DNA of 64,000 nucleotides from Azolla caroliniana (lineage: Eukaryota; Plantae; Polypodiophyta): assembly GCA_043228905.1 (NCBI GenBank), contig JBHGNT010000001.1, positions 4,092,001 to 4,156,000 on the forward strand. Reading direction: 5' to 3'. Shown here piece by piece: positions 22,295-34,004 of this stretch (position 1 is its first letter; each line of letters starts with the position of its first letter). The notes below the pieces were generated by a model. The model did no database searches. It was not told the origin of the DNA and saw only the letters and a program-made list of their open reading frames with translations. The translations under genes were made by a program, and so were the position numbers.

Positions 22295-25200
22295 TGTTGG
22301 AAGCGAGGTCGTCAATGCGGAAGATCCAGAAGCATTCAGTTCTGTTCTGAATACCTGCGTATGAGAGATTGTAGGTCGTTGCACAGAGAGAGAGAGAGAG
22401 AGAGAGAGGCACAAAAGACTTTTTCTTTCATAAAGCAAATAATACAACAACCAACCTCACAAAGAGGTTACAAGGTCACTATATATAGTGACCGACTTAG
22501 GGCAACTACCCTTTATGCTAATTACATAAATGGCCACAACGGGATGGTGTGAATACGTCCATTATACACATGTATTCGACACTCCCCCGTAATGGGCGTA
22601 TACATGGGTTATCTAAGATTACAGGTATAGACTTAGGTTCTCGGACATATCAGCTTTGTTCGAGTCGGCAGGATCCGAAGACAGAAGACCGAACTGGTCG
22701 GGTCGGAACAGTTGAAGCCGATCATTAAGGAGCTGATGTCGGTTGTCGGGAACCATCCTGCTCTGTGTCCGGCTCTAACCGGACTGGTTTGTCGTTACGC
22801 CCATCTGATGCCGAAGAGACCGAAAACGGTCTGCCGAGAGACATTTGGTCATTCCATCTGCGACATTATCGGTTGTGGATATTTTCTCTAGACCGATTTT
22901 CCCTGAAATGACGCAGTCCCGAACGAAGTGATATCGAACGTCGATATGTTTGGAGGCGTTGTGGTGAACCGGATTTTTCGACAGGGCAACAGCACCTTGA
23001 CTGTCGCTGTAGACAACTGGAGTTGAGTCGTGGTCGACTTGCCGAAACGTGTGCGCCAGCCGACCGAGCCACAAAGCTTCTTTTGCTGCGTCGGACGCAG
23101 CTACATATTCTGCTTCGGTTGTTGAGGTCGCTGTGCACTCCTGAAGTTTCGACTTCCACGAGATTGCTCCATTGCCGAATTTGAAGCAGTATCCGGTTGT
23201 TGATTTTCGACTGTCTATACAGCCGGCGAAGTCCGAGTCGGTGTAACCGACTACACCTGAGGTTCGGTTCGGTCCGAAAAGAATGCCATGGTCTTTTGTG
23301 CCAGCCAGATATCTGAACACATGCTTGACTGCGTTCCAATGCGATCGGCCAGGATTGTGCATAAATCTGCTAACGACTCCTACGGCATGAGAGATGTCAG
23401 GCCGTGTCGCGACCATCAGGTACATAAGGGAGCCGACTGCCGGTGCATACGGTACCGACTTCATATCTTCCCCCTCCGAACCGGATGTCGGGCAGTCTCG
23501 CTGAGAGAGCCGAAGATTCATAGGGAGTGGGGTTGAAGCAGATTTGGCTGATTGCATGTTGAAGCGTTCCAAGACACGTCCGATATAGTCGGTCTGAGAC
23601 AAAAAAAGATGTCGTTTATCGCGATGCCGACTAATCTTCATGCCGAGTATGTGTCATGCCGGACCGAGGTCCTTCATGGCAAACTTCAACCGCAGTTGCC
23701 GAATGAGATCGGCAAGTTCGCCCGCGTGGCGTCCAGAAATTAGCATGTCGTCCACGTAAATGATGAGGAAGATGGGTGATCCATCTTGAGCTGTGTTGGT
23801 GAAGAGACAATGGTCCTCATCGCTTTTTGAGAAGCCGATCGATTGGATGAAGTCGTCGAACTTCTTGTACCATTGTCGCGGTGCCTGTTTGAGGCCGTAT
23901 AGACTCTTCCTGAGTCGGCAGACTAGATGTTCTTGGCCGGTTGCCACGAAGCCTTTTGGCTGCTCCATATAAATTTCCTCCTCGAGATCACCATGGAGGA
24001 AGGCTGTTTTGACATCTAGCTGAATCAGCTCCAAGTTGTCGGCTGCCACTACGCCGAGTAGGAAACGAAGGGTTGTCATTTTCACCACTGGTGAAAAAAT
24101 CTCGTCGAAGTCGACGCCATATTCTTGTCGGAAGCCCTTCGCAACTAATCTGGCCTTGTACTTTGGGGTGGTCGAATCAGACGTCTCTTTTAGTCGATAG
24201 ACCCACTTGCAAGGAAGAGCACGTCGGTTCCTAGGTAATTCGACCAGATCCCAAGTCTTGTTTGCCCGAATGGAGTGCATTTCCGACTCCATCGCCAGAT
24301 GCCAGGTGGCGGAATCGACAGATGTCGATGCTTCTTTGTAAGACGTCGGTTCGCCGGCGTCGGTGAAGAAAATTCCAGGAGAATACCTCTCCGGAGGTTG
24401 CGACAGTCGCTCGGATCGTCGAGGTATGATTGGACTGGTCGCATCGGGTATCGAGGTCGGATGGTCCGAAAGCGAATCATTCGGCTGTGCCGAGTCGGAG
24501 TTGTCCGAGTCGGTAGTGTAAGGTTCAGCTACCCGTGAAGCTGACCGTGTGTGGAGAGCGGGGCCTTCTTGAAGGGTCGGCACATCGGAGAATGTTACCC
24601 TTCGGACTTCGATCGGTTTTTCGACTGATGGATTCATAGCCGACTCGTTGAACACAACGTCCGAACTTCGAACGATTTGTCTGCGTTCGGGGTCCCAGAG
24701 TCGGTATCCCATTTCGCCGTCGGATCCATATCCAAGGAAAATGCATTTCCTGGACCGAGGTGCAAGTTTTCGGCAATCATCTTTCGGAATAAGGGCGTAC
24801 GCCTCGCATCCGAAGATCCTCAGCTTGTCGTAATTCGGCTTACTGCCGATCCATAGTTCCTGAGGAATTTGAAGTCCTAGAGGTCTACTTGGCGACATAT
24901 TGATTATGTGTACTGCCGTGAGTAGAGCCTCTGCCCAGAAGCCATCCGATAGTCCGGAGTGTTGGAGCATGGAAACTATCCGTTCTTGGATTGTCCGATT
25001 CATGCGTTCGGCAATCCCGTTTTGCTCCGGACTGTGTGGTGCCGTAAATTCACGTCGGATGCCGCGTTGTCGGCAGAATTTGACGAATTCTTCGGATTTG
25101 AACTCTCCCCCATTGTCTGTCCGAAAGCATTTCAGCTTTCGGTCGGTTTGATTTTCTACCATAGCGAGCCAGTCGGTGAAGATCGAGAAGACACGATCTT

Positions 25201-27750
25201 TAGTGCGAATTGGATAAGCCCACACCTTTCGAGTCGAGTCGTCAATAAAAGTGACGAAGTAAGAGGCACCGCCTAGAGACTGATGCGGCATTGGGCCACA
25301 GACGTCCGAATGGACTAAATCGAGAGGTCTCGTTTCTCTTGGTGCGGATGTCGGGTGTGATGCGGCTGCTTGTTTGCCATACTGGCAATGCTCGCAGAAT
25401 TGATGGTCCGAGAAGGAGAGTTTGGGGATGTATCCGGCTCTGGATAGGTGCGTGATGCCGGCCTTGCTGAGGTGTCCTAATCTTCGGTGCCATAGTGATG
25501 ACACAGGAATATCCACCAAAAACAGGTTACCCTCTCTGAGCGTAACATGTAACGGATACAAGGAGTGTATCTTAGGTCCTCTAGCAAGCAGAAGGTTCCC
25601 CCTGTGGAGTGTCCACCCTCCCGAAGAGAAACCGGCACGAATGCCGTCTTCATCTAGTTGTCCGACTGAGATCAATGGCCTTGAGAGCTCGGGTACATGT
25701 CGGACATTGTGGAGTACAAGTGTAGAGCCACCTGCAAGGTTGAGCTCTACTGTGCCGATTCCGATGATGTCACAGTGTTGCGAGTTGCCGACCCGAACTG
25801 AGTCGGAGTGACGGATCGTATATTGCCGAAATTGGGACCGATGAGGAGTCACATGAAATGACGCGCCCGAATCCAAGAGCCATGTGCTCGATTCTTCAGT
25901 CGTGAGCAGAACTTCTGATCCGACTTGATTTTCGATTGATAGTATGTTCGGGTCGTCTGGTAGCACATCAGCTGAGAAGCTGACGTAGTTGACCTCCTCA
26001 TGCCGGCCACTCTTCTTGTTGTTCTTGTTCTTGAGTGCGCGGCAATCGGCTTTGATGTGTCCGGGTTTCTTGCAATAGTTGCAGATTCGATTATCCCGTG
26101 ACTGGCTCCGTCTTCGCTGATTGTTCGGCGGTCGTGAGGAATCTCTTCCTCGTATGTTCGATCGGTCTGTCGAACCTTGTACTACGTAAGCGTCGTCTGT
26201 TGAGTCTTTGGCGAAAGACTTTCTCCGAGCTGCTTCGGTCAGGATTGCGCTCGTGACTTCGGAGTATTTAACAGCCGTGGTTGACGCGTTGCACACGGTT
26301 GTGACGAAAGTTTCCCATGATGAGGGAAGGCTGCTCATGAGTATCATTGCTCTGAGTTCATCCTCGATTGCCGTCCCCTGTGACGAGATTTGGGAGCTTA
26401 TGCTTTCGTACTCATTGAGGTGTGCTTGAACCGAGTCGGATTCTTTCATCCGCAAGTTGTAGAGGCGCCGGATCAGAAACATCTTCGTTGCGGCGACCTT
26501 CTTTTCGTAAGTGTCCGACAGTGTTTTCCACAGTTCGAATGCTGTCGTACACGATTGCACCGTAAAGTATACCGATTCCGATAGGTGCATCCGAATCGTG
26601 GCGCGGACGATTCTGTCCAGCTTCTGCCACTCAATTGGTTTGTATCCTTCTGGAGGTTCTTCGTTTTCGATGGGATCGATTTGCCCCTTGACTATGAGAT
26701 AGTCCTGCATTTGCTCCTTCCAGAAGTTAAAGTTCGATCCATCGAACTTTCGTAGACTCATTTCTGACGAGCCGGATGTTGATGCCATCAAATTCGGTTT
26801 CGGTTGACGAAGCTCGGTTCGGAGTTGACTGTGAACCTTGTTGGAGTGCAGCCGGTTGGCTCACCCGATATCGTTCTAGTCGGATTTGAACCCGAGTCGG
26901 TTCGGCTTCGGAACTTGCTCGAATTGACTCCGGTAACTTGAGGGACAGAACCGACTGGTCTTCCCGAATGTCGCCGAGTCGGAGTGAGCCCGGTTCGCTT
27001 CGGATATATGTGCCGAATACCGATTATTTGGAACCGATTATCTGGACCGATTCTGCTTCGGGTGGCTGCAGCGACGAGAGAGACAGATCCAACTGATCCT
27101 CTCGAATGTCGATCAGCCGGATGAAGCACGAATTGGGGTTGTTGTCTTGAGACCGATCTGCACCGGGTGGTTACAACGAGCAGCGTTTGGTGACCTCTTC
27201 GGATGCCGTTTAACCGAATGGAGCACGATCGTGTCAATGATGCACAAGGGGATTTCACCTCGAGCGGTTACGATCACAAGGAACAGAGTACAACCTGAAG
27301 GCTTACTCCAAGCAAGAGGATCTAACGCGATGAGGTGCAAACCTCGTTTTTGTTCTTCTTCTCTCTTTCTTCGAATGACGCGAATACTGTGCAGGCCGAG
27401 ATGGAGTGAAGAACCGAATGCTGTGCAGGCGGTGATGACGGCCGAACCTTCGCTCTGATACCAGATGTTGGAAGCGAGGTCGTCAATGCGGAAGATCCAG
27501 AAGCATTCAGTTCTGTTCTGAATACCTGCGTATGAGAGATTGTAGGTCGTTGCACAGAGAGAGAGAGAGAGAGAGAGGCACAAAAGACTTTTTCTTTCAT
27601 AAAGCAAATAATACAACAACCAACCTCACAAAGAGGTTACAAGGTCACTATATATAGTGACCGACTTAGGGCAACTACCCTTTATGCTAATTACATAAAT
27701 GGCCACAACGGGATGGTGTGAATACGTCCATTATACACATGTATTCGACA
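22295..27750 (-). mobile_element. Ty1/Copia element, family A copy 1
   Basis: LTRs 27466-27750 (5') and 22295-22581 (3') differ only in (GA)n length. TSD GTAAA (22290-22294 / 27751-27755); tRNA-iMet PBS (rc gctctgatacca, 27452-27463); PPT at 22582. Confidence 0.96.
22775..26788 (-). pseudogene. Copia-A1 gag-pol polyprotein with one premature stop in RT
   Basis: Nearly identical to the 1337-aa ORF at 34983-38996, but CGA>TGA at 23654-23656 (GPA*HILG vs GPARHILG). Confidence 0.93.
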
Positions 27751-30700
27751 GTAAAAGCCGGTACCCTTCCTCATCACCGTCCCTATGACTGTCCCATCGA
27801 TTTACAACCAGGAACCGAGCCACCATGGGGACCAATTTACAACTTGTCACCCACCGAGTTAGAAGTCCTTCGAGCCTACATAGAGGAGAACTTGGCAAGC
27901 GGGTTCATCCGTCATTCAAAATCTCCGGCCGGTGCACCCATCTTCTTTGTCAAGAAGAAAGATGGCTCACTTCGTCTTGTCGTTGATTACCGCGGATTGA
28001 ATAAAGTCACCATCCGGAATAGGTATGCACTTCCTCTTATATCAAGTCTTTTAGAGCGAGTTAATGGTGCCAAGTTTTTTACTAAAATCGACCTACGAGG
28101 AGCGTATAATCTCGTGCGGATCCGACCGGGAGATGAGTGGAAGACCGCTTTTCGCACGCGGTATGGGCATTTCGAGTATACTGTTATGCCGTTTGGCCTA
28201 ACCAATGCACCCGCAGTCTTCCAACACATGGCAAATGATATATTCAGAGACCTCTTGGATATCTGTTTGATCATTTATCTGGATGATCTGTTGATTTATT
28301 CGAAGACCCAGGAAGAGCACGATTCTCATGTACTATTAGTACTAAAGCGACTCCGCGAGAATGGTCTTTATGCTAAGCTAGAGAAATGTAGCTTTGACTG
28401 CAAGCAAGTGGAATTTCTAGGCTACGTCATCTCCTCAAAGGGCATCGCCATGGATCCAGCTAAAATCCAAACTGTACTAGAGTGGCAAATTCCACGGTCG
28501 GTACGAGATGTACAATGTTTTCTAGGCTTTGCTAACTTCTACCGTAAGTTTATACAGGATTACTCGAAGATTATTTTACCTCTCACACAACTTACGAAGA
28601 AGGGCCAAGCATTTCTTTGGTCCATCGAAGCGGATATGGCTTTTCGGCATCTTAAGAAAGCCTTTACATCAGCACCGATTCTAGCTCATGTGGATACAAG
28701 CAAACCATTCATCATGGAGGCCGACGCATCAGATTTCGCCCTCGGTAGCATCCTTTCTCAACAAGGCGATAAAGAAGAGTTGCATCCGGTGGCTTTCCAT
28801 TCGCGCAAATTCAATGTCGCAGAAATCAACTACGAAATACATGACAAGGAGTTATTAGCCATCGTGGATTCATTTGTACAATGGCGGCATTTCTTAGAGG
28901 GCTCTCCACATCAGGTCATTGTCTTTAGCGATCATAAAAATCTTGCTTATTTTCAGAACGCTCGCGTACTAAATCGACGGCAAGCTCGGTGGGCGCAATT
29001 CCTCACGCGTTTCAACTTCGAAATCACATATCGACCGGGGAAGCAGCAAGGAAAAGCAGATGCACTATCACGGCGTTCATATCTTGCACCTCGTCCTGGT
29101 GACGCAACATTTGATAATCAAAAGCAAGTAATCTTGGGACCAACACGACTGCACACGACGCGGATTTTTCACACCCCGATGGATTCAGGGATTACCGATG
29201 ACATACGTGCAACCTTGAAGACGGATAGTTTTGCTCAAGACATCCTGGCGCACATTGATACTTCTCGGGCATCCTGTTCTCAGTCTCAACAACCAGGTAT
29301 TGACTACCGACAATTCGAATATCATGATGGTTTGTTATTCTTTAAAAAGCGCGTATATGTCCCCGATTGCTCTTGTCGCCTTCAAATCGTCCAACATTGT
29401 CACGACACCCATACGGCGGGACATTTTGGTAGTACCAAGACGTTGGAGTTAGTGCAACGATCTTTTTGGTGGCCCCACATGCGCCGTTTTGTCGACGACT
29501 ACGTTCGGACCTGTGATGCTTGCTGCCGAGCAAAGATGCCACGACACCATCCATATGGCTTGTTGGAACCTTTACCAATTCCAAGTAAGCCATGGCAGTC
29601 TATTTGTCTTGATTTTATTACAGATCTGCCGGTCTCGAAGGGGTTCGATGCTATCCTAACCGTCGTCGATCGATATACGAAGATGGCACATTTTGTGCCA
29701 TGTACTAAAGCCATCACTAGCGAGGAAACCGCCGCTCTTGTTATGCGTGAGGTATTTCGGCATCATGGCCTACCAGACAGTATTATCAGTGACCGAGGCC
29801 CGCAATTTGTCTCCAAATTTTGGCAGCATCTCTTCAGGATGCTCAAGGTCTCCTGCAACCTCTCCTCCGGCTACCATCCTCAAACTGACGGACAGGCGGA
29901 ACGAACAAACCAAACGTTGGAGCAATATCTCCGGTGTTTCCTGAGTTATCAACAGGACGATTGGGCCGAGATTCTCCACTTTGCGGAGTTTGCGTATAAT
30001 AATGCTATTCACTCCTCGACTCGGGTCTCCCCATTTCTCGCTTATACCGGTTTCCATCCTCGCTGGTCGGTGATCGACACTCCGGAGCTACCTACCAACC
30101 CTCGTGCCGAGGACCATTTGGAGAGGCTACGCAAGATCCAGATGGATCTCTCTACTCACCTTCGTCATGCTCAACACACACAGAAGACTTATGCGGATCG
30201 TCATCGGATTCCCTCCTCTTTTGCCATCGGAGATCGAGTATGGCTCTTACGTCGTCACATCAAGACTACTCGACCGTGCGACAAGTTGGATTATCGACGA
30301 CTCGGTCCTTTCCGTATTACGGGGAAGATTAATGATGTCACCTTCCGCCTGGATCTCCCTCCGCAGCTTCAGATACATCCAGTTTTCCATTGTTCTCTTC
30401 TTGAACCTTATAAAGCAAACACCATTCCCGATCGTGTGACACCACCGCCGCCCCCGCTGGAGTTGGACGCCGGCCCGGAGTATGAAGTTGCTGCCATCCT
30501 CGATTCCAAACTTGTTCGCAACAAACTTTATTACTTGGTCGATTGGCTCGGTTATAGTCCGAGCGAACGTACTTGGGAACCCGTCGAGAATGTTGCCAAT
30601 GCACAAGATCTTCTTGCTGATTTCCACCGAAAGTATCCGGACAAACCCGGTCCGCAATTAGCGCCGACTCGTTCCACTCGTCGTCTTTAAGGGGGAGATA

Positions 30701-31789
30701 GTGTCATGGCAAGACTCGAACCCTTGACTTTATGCTACATGGGTCGAGCTCTTACCATTAGATCATGTATTGTAATACGTAGGATATTATTTTCATTTAC
30801 ATTTTATTATAGGAAATTAGTGTATATTCCAGATTTCTCTGGAACATTCTAGAAGCTTCAGGATTACTCCTGAAAACACTATAAAAGAGGGCACTAGGCA
30901 TTATGTTGAACCAAATTGGTTCAACACCAGTCTTAAGCCTCTTAGTCGATTTGTACTTATCTTTCATATAATATAAGAGCTGCTGTCATCATCTTATTTC
31001 CCTCTCTCTCTCTCCTCTTCTCACTTTCTCTCTCTCGGGAATCTTACGCAGTCCCGTCCTCTTAGTACTAATAGTACTACTCTTCTTAGTACTAATTCCA
31101 TCTCTGTTTTAGTACTATTCCTGACAACCGATGTCCTCCGTTTGAGGAACGCCCGTAGCGGCCCGCTTGGCCTTCGTTGATCATTCGCGTCGTCCTGATT
31201 GCCGTCCCATGTCGTTTCGCGTTGCCCTCGTCCTTTCGCCGCCACCTTCCTTCTCCATGGTCTTACATCGCCGCATCGGCTCGAACCGCCATGGTCTCCG
31301 GAATAGTGTGGAGGATCCCTTCCCGGCCTGATCGTGCATCGCCGCTCACCCGCATACCAGTGTCCTTTGCATCCGAGGAACACCCCGTAGTAGCCCGCTT
31401 GGCCCTTCCCATCTTCGTGTTGCTGCAACAGGTCCTGAGTCTTTCGTTTGTCGTCGTCCCCTCGCCCCCACCTGCTTGTCATCCCGGCTAGCCGTGTCAG
31501 TCTTCGCTACTTTGATGGAGCTACCGAGATCTACGAAGCGAGTGTGGAGGATCCTCCTCCGGCCTCTCTTGCCATCTCCTGACTCCGACCCTGTGCAGCC
31601 CACTAGGCACTTGTCACCTCGTTCCCGGCACCTCCCTTGTGTCGTCTTCCGCTTCCTTCGTTCGGCCCGCCCGCGCCGAACACCGTCACGTAGTCACGCT
31701 TCGATCCAGCCCACGATGGCCACTTGCGAGACTCTTATTCCGTCCCAGGTGTGCCTTTTCGGCCCGACACACCTTCCCGTGTTTGCCCC

Positions 31790-32340
31790 TACCGGCTCCT
31801 TCCGAAACCTCGTGTTGTTGGGTCCCGTTCCCTTCCGCCACCGTCCTTCTCCCTCGGTCCCACGTTGCCATGTTGGCCGAACTGCCGGGGTCTCCGGATC
31901 GGTGTGAGGGTCCCATAGGACTGGACTCCGCGTCTATGCTTGCCGAAATTCGGGTGGTCCCTCTCGGACTCTCCTCGTGTCTTCCGCGTAGTTGGGTCCC
32001 GTTTCCCACCGCCACCAACCTTCTCCCTCGGTCTTACGTTGCCACGTTGGCCGAATTGCCGGAGTCTCCGGTTAAGTGTGGGGATCTCGTAAGACCGGAC
32101 TTCCTTACGCCCATTGCCTTCGTCACCTCGCCGCCACCGTCAGTATCTTGGTCTTACGTCGACCGCGTTGATGACTGCCGAAGTCTCTAGAACCGGTGTG
32201 AAGGATCCTCCGCCGACCGCCCATCCGTACCCCATTTGCCTTCGTCACCTCGCCGCCACCGTCAGTATCTTGGTCTTACATCGACCGCGTTGCCGACTGC
32301 CGAAGTCTCTAGAACCGGTGTGAAGGATCCTCCTTGGGCG
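31790..32340. repeat. Degenerate 120-170-bp tandem repeats inside the family-W internal region
   Basis: ttgccttcgtcacctcgccgccaccgtcagtatcttggtcttac...gaaggatcctcc occurs at ~32115 and ~32236; gttgggtcccgtt...gttggccgaa occurs at ~31817 and ~31991. Confidence 0.75.
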
Positions 32341-32788
32341 TTCATCGCCTTCTCGACCCTGTCCCGGGTCGTCCTTTTCCGCATGCCGAGAGAGCGTTTT
32401 GTTTCGCACCCTCTCCCGTGGTACCGACGTACCGTCTCCTCGGCCCCTTCGTAGGCCTGCTCTCTTCCTCCCTCCCGGAATGGTCATCCGGGAGTCCGCT
32501 CCGCCCGGTTCTCGTCCAGGTCCGTTTGTCCTTCTCCGGATTGCCGAGTCCCGTTCTCCTGTCGCCACCGATCTCTCTTGTCGGACTCACGCCGGCACTC
32601 GGGCCTGCATCCGGATCGGTGTAAGGAAACCCATAGGACCGGCTTTCATTCTCTTTCCTAATCTCGACCTTCGCCTATTCGGTCTTTCTCCCCATGTAAA
32701 AGAGGGTGGCTCGTCCCGCACCCTCTCCCGTATCGGCACCTTCATCCCTGTGAACGTAAGTGTTTGCGGAAGCGTAAAACAAAGAACA

Positions 32789-32833
<45 letters not shown>

Positions 32834-34004
32834 AGAACACAATTTCAAAATTATATCAAAACTCTGTATGCACTCTGTGCTAAGTAGCTCTATTTATACA
32901 AGTCCTCTTGGGACTGACAAAAGTACCATGTACTTCAATGCTCACACGAGCATCTGACACTTACTACGAGACTATAGCTACCTAGTAGTCTATCCTATAC
33001 TAGGCTTCTGATTGGACTTCCGGTTACGGATTGCACCCGGCCTCCACTGCTTGCCGGTTCGGTTGCTCACCGTCATACCGATCCGTTTCGCCCGATCCGT
33101 CTCGCTTACCGGCTCCGGCTTATTCAGCCGATCTGGCTCCGGTTGAGCTTGCCGCTTAACACTCCCCCTCAAGCTCAACCTGAGGTGGGGTCGTAGTGTC
33201 GACCTTTGTGGCAGTCAGTTCTTCCAACCGACTTCTCCTGGCGTCACTCTGCCTTGCTCGCGCTCCTCGTCCGGTCCGGTCCCGTTTGCCGCGACCCCTT
33301 TGGTTCTACGCGCCTCGACCCTCTCGGTCGACATGTCTGCTCAACAGGCCCATCTCAGCACTCACGTTGCTGTGACTCCGGCGCTTGCCGATCCGTCGGT
33401 TCTCCCACAATGGCATCGACTTCCGCTGTGTCCGTGTCCCCTTGGCCTTCAGTCGATCCGACTCATCTAGATCCATCTGTTGATCCGAGTCAGCTGTCTC
33501 CGACTCGTTCCAGCTCTTGTCCGAATCGGTACACTCCGATTCGACTTCCGGCTTCAGGCCTCTCACCACATCGGACCACTTCCGAGTCTTGGCCTTCTCC
33601 ATGCTTCCCTCGGCTTCTTCAGCCGGTGAACCGAAATCGAATTCTTCATTCGACTCCGCATCATGGTCAGTACCATCGTGATGACCTCCGCATAACATGC
33701 ACTTCTCTTCCTGAGTGCACAACTCTTCTTCACAACCGCTTGCTTCGACCTGTTCGGATGTGTCGACTTCCTTCGTCGACTTGGCTTCCTTCAGCTTCTT
33801 GTCTCCTCTTCTTCCGACTCTCCTCTTACCGACGGGTTCAACAGTTTTTTGGCCTTTGCCCGTTTCAGTAGAGACTTTGCCCTTGCTTCTCCCCCTCAAG
33901 TGCGGCACGTCGAGATGCTGAATACCAAGCATGTCGGTAAAGTGCTGCAACTTGTCCGATCCGAGCGGCTTGGTGAAGATGTCGGCAACTTGCCGATCCG
34001 TATG

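Larger units (their letters stand above)
21657..30690 (+). pseudogene. pol: Pol of Tcn1-like element (PR 21657-22294; RT-RH-INT-chromodomain 27756-30690), split by the Copia-A1 insertion
   Basis: LLDSGAN protease, YLDD RT, EADASDF RH, HHCC/DDE integrase, and chromodomain EYEVAAILDS...YYLVDWLGY. Removing the insert and one GTAAA restores ...VFDKVKAGTLP... Confidence 0.92.
20009..31126 (+). mobile_element. Ty3/Gypsy chromovirus (Tcn1-like), full length, interrupted by Copia-A1
   Basis: 425-bp LTRs at 20009-20433 and 30702-31126, no difference seen by eye. 5-bp TSD ACCGA (20004-20008 / 31127-31131); PPT aagggggagatag before 30702. Gene order gag, PR, RT, RH, INT, chromodomain. Confidence 0.95.

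Noticed and set aside
27718-27755. N-terminus MNTSIIHMYST of the 990-aa ORF (also on the 243-aa ORF ending at 34037)
   Set aside because: Read-through from the antisense strand of the Copia-A LTR starting at GTG; an artefact of the insertion, not a real protein start.
33306-33890. env-like gene in Copia-B
   Set aside because: The extension is in frame with pol, hydrophilic, and lacks a signal peptide or TM helix; reported instead as a Pol tail.
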